From: Synechococcales cyanobacterium VAR_4_metabat_354
GTDB taxonomy: Bacteria; Cyanobacteriota; Cyanobacteriia; Cyanobacteriales; Chamaesiphonaceae
Length of the DNA: 64,000 nucleotides
Assembly: GCA_031414775.1 (NCBI GenBank)
Contig: JANOQI010000048.1
Span: forward strand, 45,232-109,231
Direction of reading: 5' to 3'
Numbering within the stretch: the first letter of the stretch is position 1; every line of letters begins with the position of its first letter. Below are positions 31,186-42,551 of the stretch, in pieces. A program made the position numbers and the translations under genes. Under the pieces are notes generated by a model that saw only the letters and a list, made by a program, of their open reading frames with translations, was not told the origin of the DNA and made no database searches.

Positions 31186-32577
31186 ATGCAGTCACGAGCG
31201 GTTAGAGAAGGTTCAGTCGGCCTCATGCTTCTAGCTGGAGTGGGAATCTTTGTCGCCGCCAGCATGTGGCTCAAGGGGCTAGGACCAGGGAGCCAAAAGT
31301 ATAACATCGTGGCCAGCTTTGCTGATGCTGGTGGGATCCAACAGGGTGGACCAGTGCGCTACCGAGGGGTGCGCGTCGGTAAGATTGCGGCCATTGAACC
31401 TGGCGATAATGTAATGAAAGTCACCCTAGAGATTACCGATCCAGACTTGAAGATTCCCCGTAACGTAGTTGCTGAAGCTAATCAAACTGGTCTAATTGGA
31501 GAACCGGTAGTCGAAATCACCCCGCGTGGGGCGGTGAATCTGCCTCAAAATCTGGCCAAAGCACTCGATCTTAACTGTGATGTGAAGATCATTATCTGTA
31601 ACAACGGCCAAATTCCGGGCACGGTGGGTTCTAGCTTCAATGAGTTACTGAAACGGGCGACAGCGCTGGTAAATAGATATGAATCGCCAGAAATTACTGA
31701 TGGCATTAAGCTCACCCTTAAAAATGCTAGTCAGGCAGCTGCGGATATCTCGCTGCTAAGCAGAAGATTTGGAGATTTGCCAGATTCCTTGAAAAAGGAA
31801 TTGGGTTCAATTTCGGTCAGTGCCAACAGTTTGACCAAATCTTTAAATGGAACAGTCAAAAACGTCGATGGTGCAGTTGCCAAAATCGGCAACACTGCCG
31901 AGCAGTTTGGTACCACCGCGACCAAGGTAAACAAAACTGCCGATAATTTGACTGTGACCGTGGGCGAATACGGCAAATTAGCCAAGTCGGTGGATGCCTT
32001 AGTCAGCGAAAATCGTCAAACCTTTGGTAAAACTCTGACGAACTTTAATGCTCTGAGTGTGGATCTGCGCCAAACGGTTAACAAACTCAATCCGACGATC
32101 GACAAACTAAATGGTACCGTGGCCAAGGTGAATTCTGAGTCTTTAGTGAAAGATTTGGAAGGCGTTCTGAGTAATGCCAACAAAACAGCCGCTAATCTGC
32201 GCGATATTTCGGCTAGCTTTAACAATCCCAAATCTTTGGTAAATCTTCAACAAACTCTCGATTCAGCACGGCTAACTTTCCAAAATACTCAGAAAATCAC
32301 AGCAGATTTGGACAAGCTGACCGGCGACCCAGAATTTATTAATAGTGTTAGCAAGTTAGTTAAAGGTCTGGGGCAATTGGTTTCGACGGGGGAAACATTA
32401 GAGCAGCAAATTCAGCTGGGTCAGGAGCTAGAGCCAGTCCATCGCAATATTAGTATGACTACCGCTAATTTGGTGAATAGTGATCCCGAATTGGCGGCAG
32501 CAATCGGTATTGGGGTTGCCGATAACTCCACAGTAGGTATCCCCCCGCAGCGCTTAAGCGATCTCCTTAAAAAGTAA
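31186..32577 (+). CDS. mlaD: MlaD/MCE lipid transport protein (Ycf22-like)
   Basis: REGSVG plus TM helix, VRYRGVRVGKI MCE motif, long helical tail. Confidence 0.9.
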   Translation: MQSRAVREGSVGLMLLAGVGIFVAASMWLKGLGPGSQKYNIVASFADAGGIQQGGPVRYRGVRVGKIAAIEPGDNVMKVTLEITDPDLKIPRNVVAEANQTGLIGEPVVEITPRGAVNLPQNLAKALDLNCDVKIIICNNGQIPGTVGSSFNELLKRATALVNRYESPEITDGIKLTLKNASQAAADISLLSRRFGDLPDSLKKELGSISVSANSLTKSLNGTVKNVDGAVAKIGNTAEQFGTTATKVNKTADNLTVTVGEYGKLAKSVDALVSENRQTFGKTLTNFNALSVDLRQTVNKLNPTIDKLNGTVAKVNSESLVKDLEGVLSNANKTAANLRDISASFNNPKSLVNLQQTLDSARLTFQNTQKITADLDKLTGDPEFINSVSKLVKGLGQLVSTGETLEQQIQLGQELEPVHRNISMTTANLVNSDPELAAAIGIGVADNSTVGIPPQRLSDLLKK

Positions 32578-32603
32578 GTGTTTTATTTTGAGGTGAGATC
32601 CAG

Positions 32604-34022
32604 TTACGATTTCTGATCCATGGGCAAAAAAATCGTCATCGTCTCACCTTGGAGATGATTTTGTTTGACTACCAGTTTCCCACCCAGAATCTGGAATAGA
32701 CTCTTGGTCACCTTTAAACTCAAGCTCAAATTCCCGGTCTCCGGCTGGAAACTCAGGAGCTGACCAATGGCCTCGCTGGCATTACCGCACAAAGATGACA
32801 TCTGGGGAGCAGCAATTTCCGCCACCACCGACTGAAGCTGCAATTTTAGCTGGCCACCCACCGGATTGATCTCCACCTGGATATGACTGCCCGCTGGCAA
32901 GTTGCGGGTAAAGTTTTCCACTAAACCCGTTAACACTCGATCAAGAATCGTGGGGTTACTCACCACCGCTGGCAGCTGCTGGGGCATCGCCACTTCCATA
33001 TTTAAATTACGGCGCTCAGCTTGTTTTTGCCACAGTGGCAAGCTTTGTTCTAACAAATGACTAAAAGACATCGTAGTTAAATCTACGGCTTCGCTGTTAT
33101 TGCCAGCCAATTCCACTGCCTGAAAAATTAACTCCATCCGATTAATTTGCTCGGTACATTCTCGATCGATCGTCTCTAGCCGTTTCATAATCTGTGAATC
33201 GACATCAGGGCGGCGCAGTACCGATCTCGTTAACGTGCGAATAGTAGTCAGTGGTGTCCGAATCTCGTGGGTCAGAGCCTGCAATAACTCCACATCGAGG
33301 GCAGTAGACTTCGACTCAGAGGGGGCAGCCGCTGACGCTTTGACTATTGACAATTCTTGTAATAAAAATTGGCTGAACTTCATTACCCATTGATAGGCCG
33401 GTACCACTGGGGGTAGCTTGCTGACGATCGCATCCAATGGTTCTAGCTGCTGGGGGGCAGTGAGCATAATGCGTCCCCGCAAAGACTGCCAAGCCAAATT
33501 CACATCAGCCGGGTCAAACGAAAACTGAAATTGGGGTGAATCATCCGCAGCTCCCACCGCCAACACCAGACCAAACTGGGCAGTAAGCACCACACAAAAT
33601 TGCTCATTTTGTAGGGGGTCGGCTGGCAGCAAAGAAATATCTGGCGGGGTGGAAAAAATAGCATTGATTTCCGGTGGCGCAGGCAACAATGTCTGGCTAG
33701 GGTGCGCTGGACTGAAAACAACGGTGGGAAATTGACTAATAATTTCAGCAGCATCAAACAGTGGTACGGGTGAACAGAGTAACAGACCAGTCACCTGATT
33801 CGCTGGTGGTTGATGCACCACTGAGTCCATCAACGTGTGCAATAAATAGCCGAGGGCATGAACAGCGCTGTACCACTGCTGCTCAGCCTTGAAAAGCTCT
33901 ACCGATTCACTAGGTTGGGTCGCAGATTTATTGGTGGCCAATAGCGGATCCAGCGCTGTTGGCTCATTTTTAGCTAAGATTTCACTCAATGTTGGTAGTA
34001 GCCACCTTCTAACCACTGTCAC
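32604..34022 (-). CDS. hik2: sensor histidine kinase, Hik2/CSK type
   Basis: WLLPTLSEIL start, HEIRTPLTTIRTL H-box, FQPETGNLSLSL. Confidence 0.85.
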   Translation of the reverse strand: MTVVRRWLLPTLSEILAKNEPTALDPLLATNKSATQPSESVELFKAEQQWYSAVHALGYLLHTLMDSVVHQPPANQVTGLLLCSPVPLFDAAEIISQFPTVVFSPAHPSQTLLPAPPEINAIFSTPPDISLLPADPLQNEQFCVVLTAQFGLVLAVGAADDSPQFQFSFDPADVNLAWQSLRGRIMLTAPQQLEPLDAIVSKLPPVVPAYQWVMKFSQFLLQELSIVKASAAAPSESKSTALDVELLQALTHEIRTPLTTIRTLTRSVLRRPDVDSQIMKRLETIDRECTEQINRMELIFQAVELAGNNSEAVDLTTMSFSHLLEQSLPLWQKQAERRNLNMEVAMPQQLPAVVSNPTILDRVLTGLVENFTRNLPAGSHIQVEINPVGGQLKLQLQSVVAEIAAPQMSSLCGNASEAIGQLLSFQPETGNLSLSLKVTKSLFQILGGKLVVKQNHLQGETMTIFLPMDQKS

Positions 34023-34193
34023 CGCCTAAATTAAGGTCTCATCTATGAGGCTACCCAAGATTGATGCTGAAATGTTAGCCCGAAAACCGAACAGAGTCTC
34101 ACCAAATTAATGCGATCAGCTCAATATCTATGGGTATGTTGATGGAATCAGAACACAAATCAAATCTGGGAAGTGATAGCTGGCTCAAACTTT

Positions 34194-34703
34194 ATGAATA
34201 AAAACATGCCTAAGTTTTATTGTATTGCTATGCTTGCCGTATTTTACGGAGGCTATCACAGCTCGGTAACAGCTAAAACAAAAACACTCCCAGTTGTCGC
34301 TAGCCTGGCAGTCGATACGGTTAAGAGTGTCACGCTATATGCAAAAATCCCAGTCTCATCACCGCTTTTTGTAGTTCGTGCTCAAATAGATGCCTTCAAT
34401 CGCCAAGACTTTAAAGCTTCGATGGACACTATACACCCATCTAGTCCAGGATTTCAGACAACGAGGGACTTTTCAAAGATGCTCCTTGAAAGGTATCAGC
34501 TGCGCTTCAAGCTTCAGAATACTGCGATCGAATCGATAACCGCAGATACAGCTAAGGTTCGATTTACTCAAACCACCAAAAAAATTACCGGACCGGAGTT
34601 TCGGAATAATCGTATCGATGGTATCCACGTACTTAAAAAGTACAAGGGAAAGTGGAAAATCTATGACACAAAAACTATCAAAATAGAGTATTTGGATAAC
34701 TAA
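34194..34703 (+). CDS. secreted NTF2-like hypothetical protein
   Basis: Signal-like N-terminus; DAFNRQD, AKVRFTQ, GKWKI pattern; AT-rich. Confidence 0.65.
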   Translation: MNKNMPKFYCIAMLAVFYGGYHSSVTAKTKTLPVVASLAVDTVKSVTLYAKIPVSSPLFVVRAQIDAFNRQDFKASMDTIHPSSPGFQTTRDFSKMLLERYQLRFKLQNTAIESITADTAKVRFTQTTKKITGPEFRNNRIDGIHVLKKYKGKWKIYDTKTIKIEYLDN

Positions 34704-34786
34704 AGCCATCTAGAAAGCCGCCGGATCTCCTTGAACCCGAAAGCACTCCAAGACATCCTGATCGATCATTTGTGCCGCATCATAGA

Positions 34787-37700
34787 CTACCCAACACCAG
34801 TCAAACCAGCCTGCAATTTACCCAGCGTCCCAATCAACGATTCCACCTGCTCCGTCGCCCTAAACACCCCCAATCCCCGCACCGTCACCTTCCCCGGTCC
34901 ATAGACAAACCGTGCCTTCATATTATCTGGCAGATTCCCGGCCATCAAATTCCAAGCCGGTTCCGCCATCGGCGTTTCTAGCACCACATGCTGCTTCCCC
35001 TCCAGCTTAATGCGACTAAAGCCCAACTGCTTGGCAATCTGCTTCAGCGCCATAATCCGAAACAGCTGTTGCGCCGCCTTCGGAATCTCGCCATAGCGAT
35101 CGATCCACTCTGCCGCAATCCCCGCTAACTCAGCATGACTACTGGCCGCCGCGACTGATCGATAGGCACTAATTTTCTGGTCTAAATCCGGGATGTAGTC
35201 CGCCGGAATCAATGCTGTCACTGCCAAGTCAATCTGGGTATCATCTACCTGCGGAATTTCTTGGCCACGAATCTCTTGAATCGCTGTTTGTAACATTTCC
35301 ATATAGAGGTCAAAACCAATCACTTCCATCTGGCCAGACTGCTCAGCTCCCAGCAAATTTCCTACGCCCCGAATTTCCATATCCCGCGTCGCTAACTGAT
35401 AGCCCGAACCCAATTGGGCAAACTCCTGAATCGCCCGCAACCGCTGCCGCGCCTGATCGGTAAGGCTTTGTTCCTTGGGATAAAACAACCAAGCATGCGC
35501 CTGAATCCCGGCTCGTCCGACCCGACCCCGTAACTGATACAACTGCGACAAGCCAAAGCGTTGGGCATCTTCAATCAAGATCGTATTCACCCGGGGAATA
35601 TCTAGTCCCGACTCGACAATCGTGGTACAGAGCAATAGATCGGCCTCACCGGAACTAAAAGCCAGCATCGTGGACTCCAGTTGCGATTCGTCCATTTGGC
35701 CGTGAGCGATCGCAATCCGACAGCTGGGCACCAATTCTCTCAACTTATCAGCAGTATCCTCGATGCCCATCACCTTGGGCACCACATAAAACACCTGACC
35801 GCCCCGTTCTAGTTCTTGGCGAATAGCGGTGCCGATCGCCTCGGTTTGATAGGGTGACAAATGAGTTTGAATTGGTCGGCGGGAGGGCGGGGGCGTAGTG
35901 ATTAAACTCATTTCCCGTACTCCCGATAGCGACATATAGAGCGTGCGCGGAATCGGGGTAGCGGAAAGGGTTAAGACATCGACCTGGCTTTTAATAGTTT
36001 TGATTTTTTCCTTTTGATTCACCCCAAACCGTTGCTCTTCATCAATTACTAATAGTCCCAAGTTACGGGGCTTGATATCTTTACTCAACACTTGATGGGT
36101 ACCGACCACTACATCTAGTTCGCCCGTCGCTAGCCGTCGCAGAATATCTTTGCGTTCTTCGGCCGTGCGAAAACGGTTCAGTAGCCCCACATTCACCGGA
36201 TAGGGGGCAAACCTTTCTTTGAGGGTGTGATAGTGCTGTTGGGTCAAAATTGTTGTGGGAGCCAGAAGAATCACTTGCTTTTGAGCAGTCGTAACCGCCT
36301 TGAAAATCGCCCGAATGGCCACCTCGGTTTTACCAAATCCTACATCGCCACAAATCAACCGATCCATCGGTCGATCGCTTTCCATATCGTGCTTGACATC
36401 TTGCACGGCTTTGAGCTGATCGGGGGTGGGCTGATAGCGAAAAGAGTCTTCTAATTCCTGTTGCCAAGGTGAATCGATCGGATAAGCAAAACCCTGGCTA
36501 TCGGAGCGTTCAGCGTAGAGTTTCAGCAGATCGAAAGCTAGCTTTTTGATCGACTTCTGCACCTTAGCCTTGGTTTTAGCCCAAGCTTGGCCAGACATTT
36601 TGTTTAGTTCTGGCAACTTCTGGTCGGTATGCCGAAACCGCGATAGCACACCCAGTTGATCAGCAGCTACCCGCAAAATGCCATCCGCATATTTGATGGT
36701 CAAATAATCGCGGCTGTCATTATCGATCGATACATTCTCCAGACCCATAAAGCGTCCCAAGCCGTAGTGACGATGAATTACAAAGTCTCCGGCCTGCATT
36801 TTGTTTGGATCGACCTTCTTCGATACGGCCTGCCGCCGTTTGCGAACATAGTTATAGCTCACCAAAGATTGCTGACCAAAGAACTCTCGATCGGTCAACA
36901 GCAATACTCGGAATGTCGGCAACAGAAACCCTTCTAGTTCGGCCATTCCCGAGTATTTGACAGCGACGGTGACATGTTGAGTTTGCAGCTTGTCAGTAGC
37001 GCCAAAGTCGCGGGGATTGGGCACAAATTGGGTCAAACAGTCATGTTCTTGCAACAATGAGGCTGACCGAGAAGGCTGCGCTGACACAATCCAAGTGGAA
37101 TATTGCTGCTGATGTTGACGCAAGATTTCGGCTAACTTAGCAAACTGATGGGGCAAGGCCGGTACTGGCCGACTGGATAAGTTCAGACCCTCGCCCTCCA
37201 CCGCAATTTCGCTCAGGCGCAAATATTGGAATCTTTCCCGCAGTGTATCGATCGATTCCAGCAACGGAAATTGATAAGTAGCACTGTGCGCTAGGCACCG
37301 CTCCAAATCATCGACGGTCATTAAGGTATTAGCTGGCAAATAATCGGCCAAGCTACAGCTTAGTTCACTAGATTCAAAAGCGCCCCAGCCAGTAGGGGTT
37401 AAGAGTAGATGATCGATCGCATCCAAAGAGCGCTGACTAGAAGGGTCAAATTCCCGCATTTTTTCTAGCTCATCGCCAAACCACTCCAAGCGCACTGGCA
37501 ACTCTGCCGCCACCGGAAAGATATCAATAATGTCGCCGCGCCGACTCCACTGACCTTCAATTTCCACCAACGATACTCGTTCGTAGCCCATCGTTGCCAA
37601 CTGGGTGCTGATGGTTGCCACCTCAAATTCGTTCTTTAGGCGGAGTTCTAAGGCCGTATTTTGAAACTGATGAGGATCGGGTAGGTGGGCAGACAGGGCA

Positions 37701-38065
37701 CGGGCAGTGGAGACGATCGCCACTGGCTGATCGGCAGTACTCAAGGCCGTCAGGGTTTGCATCTGTCCCCAAACCGTTTCAGCTTCGGGATGCACCAAAT
37801 CAGCTGACTCAGCGACCGGATAAAAATAGACCTGCGGCCAGTTCATGACCTCTAGTTGGGCAGTCCAGCGGCTAGCTTCTTCAATCGTCGAAGTAATTAT
37901 CCACAAATGTTGTTGGGTAGCTTGTGCCAGCGTCGAGGCCACCAAGCCCCGAGGGAGCCGCGCCGCTCCCGTTAGGTGCAGATATCTTTGCTGCTGAAGT
38001 TTCCCAGCAAGTTCGTGAGTAAGCTGGGATGAAGTAAGAGTGCGAAGAAGAGCAGAAAGAGACAT
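34787..38065 (-). CDS. mfd: transcription-repair coupling factor
   Basis: [53 protein letters not shown] tail. Confidence 0.98.
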   Translation of the reverse strand: MSLSALLRTLTSSQLTHELAGKLQQQRYLHLTGAARLPRGLVASTLAQATQQHLWIITSTIEEASRWTAQLEVMNWPQVYFYPVAESADLVHPEAETVWGQMQTLTALSTADQPVAIVSTARALSAHLPDPHQFQNTALELRLKNEFEVATISTQLATMGYERVSLVEIEGQWSRRGDIIDIFPVAAELPVRLEWFGDELEKMREFDPSSQRSLDAIDHLLLTPTGWGAFESSELSCSLADYLPANTLMTVDDLERCLAHSATYQFPLLESIDTLRERFQYLRLSEIAVEGEGLNLSSRPVPALPHQFAKLAEILRQHQQQYSTWIVSAQPSRSASLLQEHDCLTQFVPNPRDFGATDKLQTQHVTVAVKYSGMAELEGFLLPTFRVLLLTDREFFGQQSLVSYNYVRKRRQAVSKKVDPNKMQAGDFVIHRHYGLGRFMGLENVSIDNDSRDYLTIKYADGILRVAADQLGVLSRFRHTDQKLPELNKMSGQAWAKTKAKVQKSIKKLAFDLLKLYAERSDSQGFAYPIDSPWQQELEDSFRYQPTPDQLKAVQDVKHDMESDRPMDRLICGDVGFGKTEVAIRAIFKAVTTAQKQVILLAPTTILTQQHYHTLKERFAPYPVNVGLLNRFRTAEERKDILRRLATGELDVVVGTHQVLSKDIKPRNLGLLVIDEEQRFGVNQKEKIKTIKSQVDVLTLSATPIPRTLYMSLSGVREMSLITTPPPSRRPIQTHLSPYQTEAIGTAIRQELERGGQVFYVVPKVMGIEDTADKLRELVPSCRIAIAHGQMDESQLESTMLAFSSGEADLLLCTTIVESGLDIPRVNTILIEDAQRFGLSQLYQLRGRVGRAGIQAHAWLFYPKEQSLTDQARQRLRAIQEFAQLGSGYQLATRDMEIRGVGNLLGAEQSGQMEVIGFDLYMEMLQTAIQEIRGQEIPQVDDTQIDLAVTALIPADYIPDLDQKISAYRSVAAASSHAELAGIAAEWIDRYGEIPKAAQQLFRIMALKQIAKQLGFSRIKLEGKQHVVLETPMAEPAWNLMAGNLPDNMKARFVYGPGKVTVRGLGVFRATEQVESLIGTLGKLQAGLTGVG

Positions 38066-38225
38066 ATCCCAAGGGTGGCAGCGCTGTTCGCTACTATGGT
38101 AGTTGAAACCAGGTGGTTCTGGCCAAAACTTCGACTTCTTTTACGCTTATGATGATGTCAGCTTGTTCGGATAGCGCCTTGAGAGAAAGAATCGAACAGT
38201 TACTATCTTTTCATTTACCATTCCT

Positions 38226-39518
38226 ATGTCTCCTGTTGGCGAGTTATCAATAGTCTTAGTTCTGATCTTGATCAATGGCTTGTTCGTAGTGTCAGAAATG
38301 GCCATTATTTCAGCGCGGAAAGTAAGGCTGCAACACTTAGTTAACCAAGGCAACAAGAAAGCCCGGCTCGCTCTAGAACTAGCCAGTAACCCCGGTCGCT
38401 TTTTACCCACAGTTCAAGTGGGGATCACTCTAATGGCAATTTTGTCGGGTGCTCGTGGTGAAAGCGCCATCAGTGGTTTATTACTGCCCATCTTGAATGC
38501 GGTGCCTGCTCTTAATCTTTATGCTCAAACAATTGCCTCGACGGCTGCGATTGCCATCATCACTTACCTCACCATTGTGATTGGAGAATTGGTACCCAAG
38601 CAGTTGGCCTTAAGCAGCCCCGAGCGACTATCGGTATTAGTCGCCAAACCGCTCAACTTACTGGGGTGGCTAGGTAGCCCCCTCAGCCATGTCTTGAGTA
38701 TGTCCACTAATTTTATTGTCAAACTCTTAGGCATTCGACCTTCTAATGAACCAGATATCACTGAGGAAGAAATTCGGGTGATGATCGTTCAGGGCACCGA
38801 AGCGGGCATGTTCGAGGAAGCCGAACAAGACATGATGGAACGGGTGATGAGCTTAGGCGATCGGAGAGTGGGAGCGATGATGACCCCTCGCCCCGATATT
38901 GTCTGGTTAGATATCGAAGACCCTTGGTCAGTTAACTGCGACAAAATCGTGGCTAGCCAATATTCCAGATTTCCAGTTTGCAAAGAAGTTCTAGATAACG
39001 TGGTGGGGGTGATGCACGTCGCCGACATGCTGAGTCAGTCGCTGCTTGGTCAACCAATTAACCTCACGCTATCGCTGATTCAACCTTTACTAGTACCAGA
39101 AAGTACTAAAGGATTGAAGGTACTAGAGCAATTTAAAGAAACCGGTACCCATATTGGCATGGTCGTAGATGAGTACGGGGTGATTCAGGGATTAGTGACA
39201 CTGAATGACCTGCTGGAAGAAATTGTGGGCAATATTCAAGATGTGGAGCAACCAGAACCACCCCAGGCCGTCCAACGTGAGGATGGTTCTTGGTTATTAG
39301 ATGGAATGCTGCCGATCGATGAGTTTTTAGAACTATTCGATCTAGAAGAGGAATCGATCGAACAACGGGGCAGCTACAACACTCTCGGCGGCTTTATTAT
39401 TATGCAGTTGGGTAAAATCCCGAAAGAGACCGATCACTTTGAGTGGGAGCGACTCCAGTTTGAGGTGATGGATATGGATGGTAACCGGGTAGATAAAGTG
39501 ATGGTCAGCAATTTGTAG
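38226..39518 (+). CDS. hemolysin/CNNM-CBS-CorC family transporter
   Basis: SEMAIISARK, GELVPKQ, MTPR, VVDEYG, TLGGF. Confidence 0.93.
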   Translation: MSPVGELSIVLVLILINGLFVVSEMAIISARKVRLQHLVNQGNKKARLALELASNPGRFLPTVQVGITLMAILSGARGESAISGLLLPILNAVPALNLYAQTIASTAAIAIITYLTIVIGELVPKQLALSSPERLSVLVAKPLNLLGWLGSPLSHVLSMSTNFIVKLLGIRPSNEPDITEEEIRVMIVQGTEAGMFEEAEQDMMERVMSLGDRRVGAMMTPRPDIVWLDIEDPWSVNCDKIVASQYSRFPVCKEVLDNVVGVMHVADMLSQSLLGQPINLTLSLIQPLLVPESTKGLKVLEQFKETGTHIGMVVDEYGVIQGLVTLNDLLEEIVGNIQDVEQPEPPQAVQREDGSWLLDGMLPIDEFLELFDLEEESIEQRGSYNTLGGFIIMQLGKIPKETDHFEWERLQFEVMDMDGNRVDKVMVSNL

Positions 39519-39578
39519 AATCCGCAACGCTCTGGGCTTCTCTGTTAATATGTAGGGCAACGTTGCCCCTTTTGTCTT

Positions 39579-40298
39579 ATGTCTAGCGACGAACAACTCA
39601 GTCTTTTTCAAGCAGCCAGCGCACCGCCTAGTCCGCCACCAGCCACCGAACTTGGTGCCGAAATCAGTTTCGAGCAGATTCCAACCAGTGCCGCTATCCC
39701 CATTCCTACTGGGACTTACCAAAATTTAGAGCAACTGGCAACCCACTGCACGGTCTGCCAGCGGTGTGAATTAGGAAAAACTCGTCTTAATGCGGTGGTC
39801 GGTAGAGGTGCTGCTCAAGCGCCGATTATGATTGTGGGCGAAGGTCCTGGCCAAAATGAAGATGAACAAGGACTGCCATTTGTCGGTAGATCCGGCCAGC
39901 TGCTGGAGAGAATTTTAGCTTCTGTCGATTTTTCTACCGATCGAGAAGTCTACATTTGCAATGTGGTGCGCTGCCGTCCGCCTGGTAATCGGGTGCCAAC
40001 GCCAGAGGAGATTGCCGCCTGTAAGCCTTACTTGCTGGAACAAATTCGGTTGGTCGATCCGCTGGTGATTTTGTTAACTGGAGCCACAGCGCTCAAAGCT
40101 GTTACTGGTAGTAAGGCTAGTATTACCAAGGTGCGCGGTGAGTGGCTAGAGTGGGAGGGCCGTCTTTGTATGCCCATTTTTCATCCGGCTTATTTGCTGC
40201 GAAATTCTTCTAAGGAAGAGGGCGCACCAAAATGGTTGACGTGGCAAGATATGAAGAAGGTACGCGCCAAAATTCAAGAGTTGCAAGAAACCAGCTAG
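39579..40298 (+). CDS. udg: uracil-DNA glycosylase family 4
   Basis: CTVCQRC, VGEGPG, PFVG, CRPPGNR, FHPAYLLR. Confidence 0.94.
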   Translation: MSSDEQLSLFQAASAPPSPPPATELGAEISFEQIPTSAAIPIPTGTYQNLEQLATHCTVCQRCELGKTRLNAVVGRGAAQAPIMIVGEGPGQNEDEQGLPFVGRSGQLLERILASVDFSTDREVYICNVVRCRPPGNRVPTPEEIAACKPYLLEQIRLVDPLVILLTGATALKAVTGSKASITKVRGEWLEWEGRLCMPIFHPAYLLRNSSKEEGAPKWLTWQDMKKVRAKIQELQETS

Positions 40299-40407
40299 TA
40301 CATTTCAAATATCTTGATGCTGCCATCCGCTGCTTATCTGGTAACAGCAATAGATTTTTCCGGTTTTGAGCTAGTCTTAGGGAATATATTTATTTGATTT
40401 TAAAAAT

Positions 40408-40893
40408 ATGCGTACTTGGTGGCAGCGACTCATCGCCGGAATTTGTCTAGTAGCCTTGCTCTTAGTGGTTCAACCCAACACCGCCTGGGCGTTAGCCCAC
40501 GATAAACAGACCTTAGTCAAAGCCGACTTTTCCCATCAAGACCTGCGCGACTCCGACTTTAGCCAGAGCAACATGCGCGACAGCACCTTCCGCGACTCTG
40601 ATCTGCGCGGCTCCCGGTTTTTTGGTACCAACCTCACCCGTGCTGACATGACCAATATCGATCTGACGGGCGGCGCTCTCGATACCGCCCGACTAACTAA
40701 GACCGACCTCACCAACGCTATTCTGGTGGGAGTCTTTATGACCAACACTAAATTTGAAGGAGCGATCATTGATGGTGCCGATTTCACCGATGTGATGCTG
40801 CGCCGCGATCAGCAACTCACCCTTTGTAAAGTGGCTAAAGGCACCAACCCCAAAACTGGTCGTAATACCCGCGAAACGCTAGATTGTCCTTAA
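40408..40893 (+). CDS. pentapeptide repeat protein with signal peptide
   Basis: A(D/N)L/F pentapeptides; GADFTD and GTNPKTGRNTRETLDC tail. Confidence 0.92.
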   Translation: MRTWWQRLIAGICLVALLLVVQPNTAWALAHDKQTLVKADFSHQDLRDSDFSQSNMRDSTFRDSDLRGSRFFGTNLTRADMTNIDLTGGALDTARLTKTDLTNAILVGVFMTNTKFEGAIIDGADFTDVMLRRDQQLTLCKVAKGTNPKTGRNTRETLDCP

Positions 40894-40898
40894 TTTAA

Positions 40899-42179
40899 TT
40901 AATCAGCAGACCTGACCGTAACCACGCCATAGGCTGTCGGGGAAAGATGCGTCCGCACTGATTTTTGAATCGCTGGGGCATTGATCGATCGAACATATTT
41001 AGGATAATTGATCCCGGCCTGGTAATCACCAGCTACCGCTTGATAGTAGCCATATAAGCCGCTACGAGCACTAGGCGTTTCATTGGCAAAAATATGGCGA
41101 TTGGCTACCTGACGACGCACTCGATCGATCTCCGCCTCACTAATTTCTTGGTGGTGCAAAGTTGCCACCTGTGCAATAATCCGCTGCTCCACTTCTGCTA
41201 AGTTGGCGGTGGGCAACTGCACGCTAATCGTAAACATCCCTTGCCAAGCATAGCTGCTGTTACTGACCCCAATCCCGGTCACTAGCTGCCGTTCTTCTCG
41301 TAAATCGCGCACTAACCGAGAAATACGCCCTTGACCCAACACCGCTGCCACAATATCCAAAGGATAAGTAGCATCCAAATCGTTCATGCCCGGTACTCGC
41401 CACAACAAAATCAGCCTGGTTTGCTGAATCTCTGGATCGATCGAATCATGCCGCACAATCCTATCAAAAGGAGCTTCGGGTTGAGGCAACTTATTGGCAC
41501 CAGCAAACTGAGGCGAAGAATCATCATGATGGCTATGAGACATAAAGCCATCGGCCACCACATCAATTAATTCTTGCACTGGCAAATTACCCACCGCCAC
41601 CGCCGTCATCGATCGCGGCTGATAATTAGTCGCATGGAAAAAGCGCATTTGTTGATCGGTCAATGTTTCCACTACCGCTGTGGTGCCTAACACTGGTCGC
41701 CGATAGGGCAATCGCTGAAACGCCGCTGCGATCGATTTTTGATAGATGCGGTGTTGAGCATTATCGGCCGATCGATTAATTTCTTCTAAGATCACCGATT
41801 TCTCTTGGTTGAAATCCGCCTCCGTAATACTGGGATTCAGCACCACATCCATTTGCAGTGGTGCCAATTCCGCAAAGTCACGGGGCGCAGTAGTAATATA
41901 GTACTGGGTATAGTCTTGGCTAGTCGCCGCATTAGTCACCGCCCCCCGTTCTTCTACCCGCCGCTCAAATTCACCGATTTGGAGCCGAGGAGTACCCTTA
42001 AACACCATATGCTCCAAAAAATGTGCCATGCCGTTGATGCTATCGGTCTCTAGACGGGAACCAACATTCAGCCATAGACTGAGGTTTACCGCTGCTACTG
42101 GTAATTGCTCAGCAATAATCGTCAGACCATTGGGCAAAGTATAGCAAGTCGGCTCATTGAGAGAAGTAATAGCGGGCAT
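40899..42179 (-). CDS. M16 family zinc peptidase
   Basis: GMAHFLEHMVFKGT (HxxEH), NAATSQDYT. Confidence 0.94.
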   Translation of the reverse strand: MPAITSLNEPTCYTLPNGLTIIAEQLPVAAVNLSLWLNVGSRLETDSINGMAHFLEHMVFKGTPRLQIGEFERRVEERGAVTNAATSQDYTQYYITTAPRDFAELAPLQMDVVLNPSITEADFNQEKSVILEEINRSADNAQHRIYQKSIAAAFQRLPYRRPVLGTTAVVETLTDQQMRFFHATNYQPRSMTAVAVGNLPVQELIDVVADGFMSHSHHDDSSPQFAGANKLPQPEAPFDRIVRHDSIDPEIQQTRLILLWRVPGMNDLDATYPLDIVAAVLGQGRISRLVRDLREERQLVTGIGVSNSSYAWQGMFTISVQLPTANLAEVEQRIIAQVATLHHQEISEAEIDRVRRQVANRHIFANETPSARSGLYGYYQAVAGDYQAGINYPKYVRSINAPAIQKSVRTHLSPTAYGVVTVRSAD

Positions 42180-42182
42180 AGG

Positions 42183-42458
42183 TTAAGTGGTAATGGTTGT
42201 CCAAGCGCCATAACGACGCTCATAATAATTCAAGATTTTGGTAACCTGAGACTGGTTAGCAGTAGTCACGGCTCGACAATCGATCGATAAACCACCCACC
42301 TGACTTTGCAGATAATCGAATTCCGGCGCAGTTTGCGGAAGTAATTCTACTTCAATACCAGCCACCTGTCGCAGATGAGCGACAACTTCCAAATAGACAG
42401 CCAGCGGGAGTTGCGGGCGCTCGATCGAAAAAGTGGTAGCAGCTAAAGTCATCATCAA
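42183..42458 (-). CDS. conserved cyanobacterial small protein
   Basis: LPLAVYLEVVAHLRQV and FDYLQSQVGGL motifs. Confidence 0.75.
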   Translation of the reverse strand: MMMTLAATTFSIERPQLPLAVYLEVVAHLRQVAGIEVELLPQTAPEFDYLQSQVGGLSIDCRAVTTANQSQVTKILNYYERRYGAWTTITT

Positions 42459-42497
42459 GAATCGGAGTGCAGTCTACCCATCATAAACTGCTGCTAT

Positions 42498-42523
42498 AAA
42501 AAAAGACATACCGAAGCATGTCT
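42498..42523 (-). terminator. intrinsic terminator after the lipoprotein gene
   Basis: Minus strand AGACATGC-TTCG-GTATGTCT followed by a T tract. Confidence 0.8.
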
Positions 42524-42551
42524 CATAAGTGGTTGTAATTTTTGGGTGTTT

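Noticed and set aside
34074..34701. Integron-cassette-like boundaries (GTTAGCC ... GGATAAC) around the NTF2-like gene, and similar words near 54423-54547
   Set aside because: Only 7-mer matches with mismatches; no attC hairpin with L boxes and no integrase.
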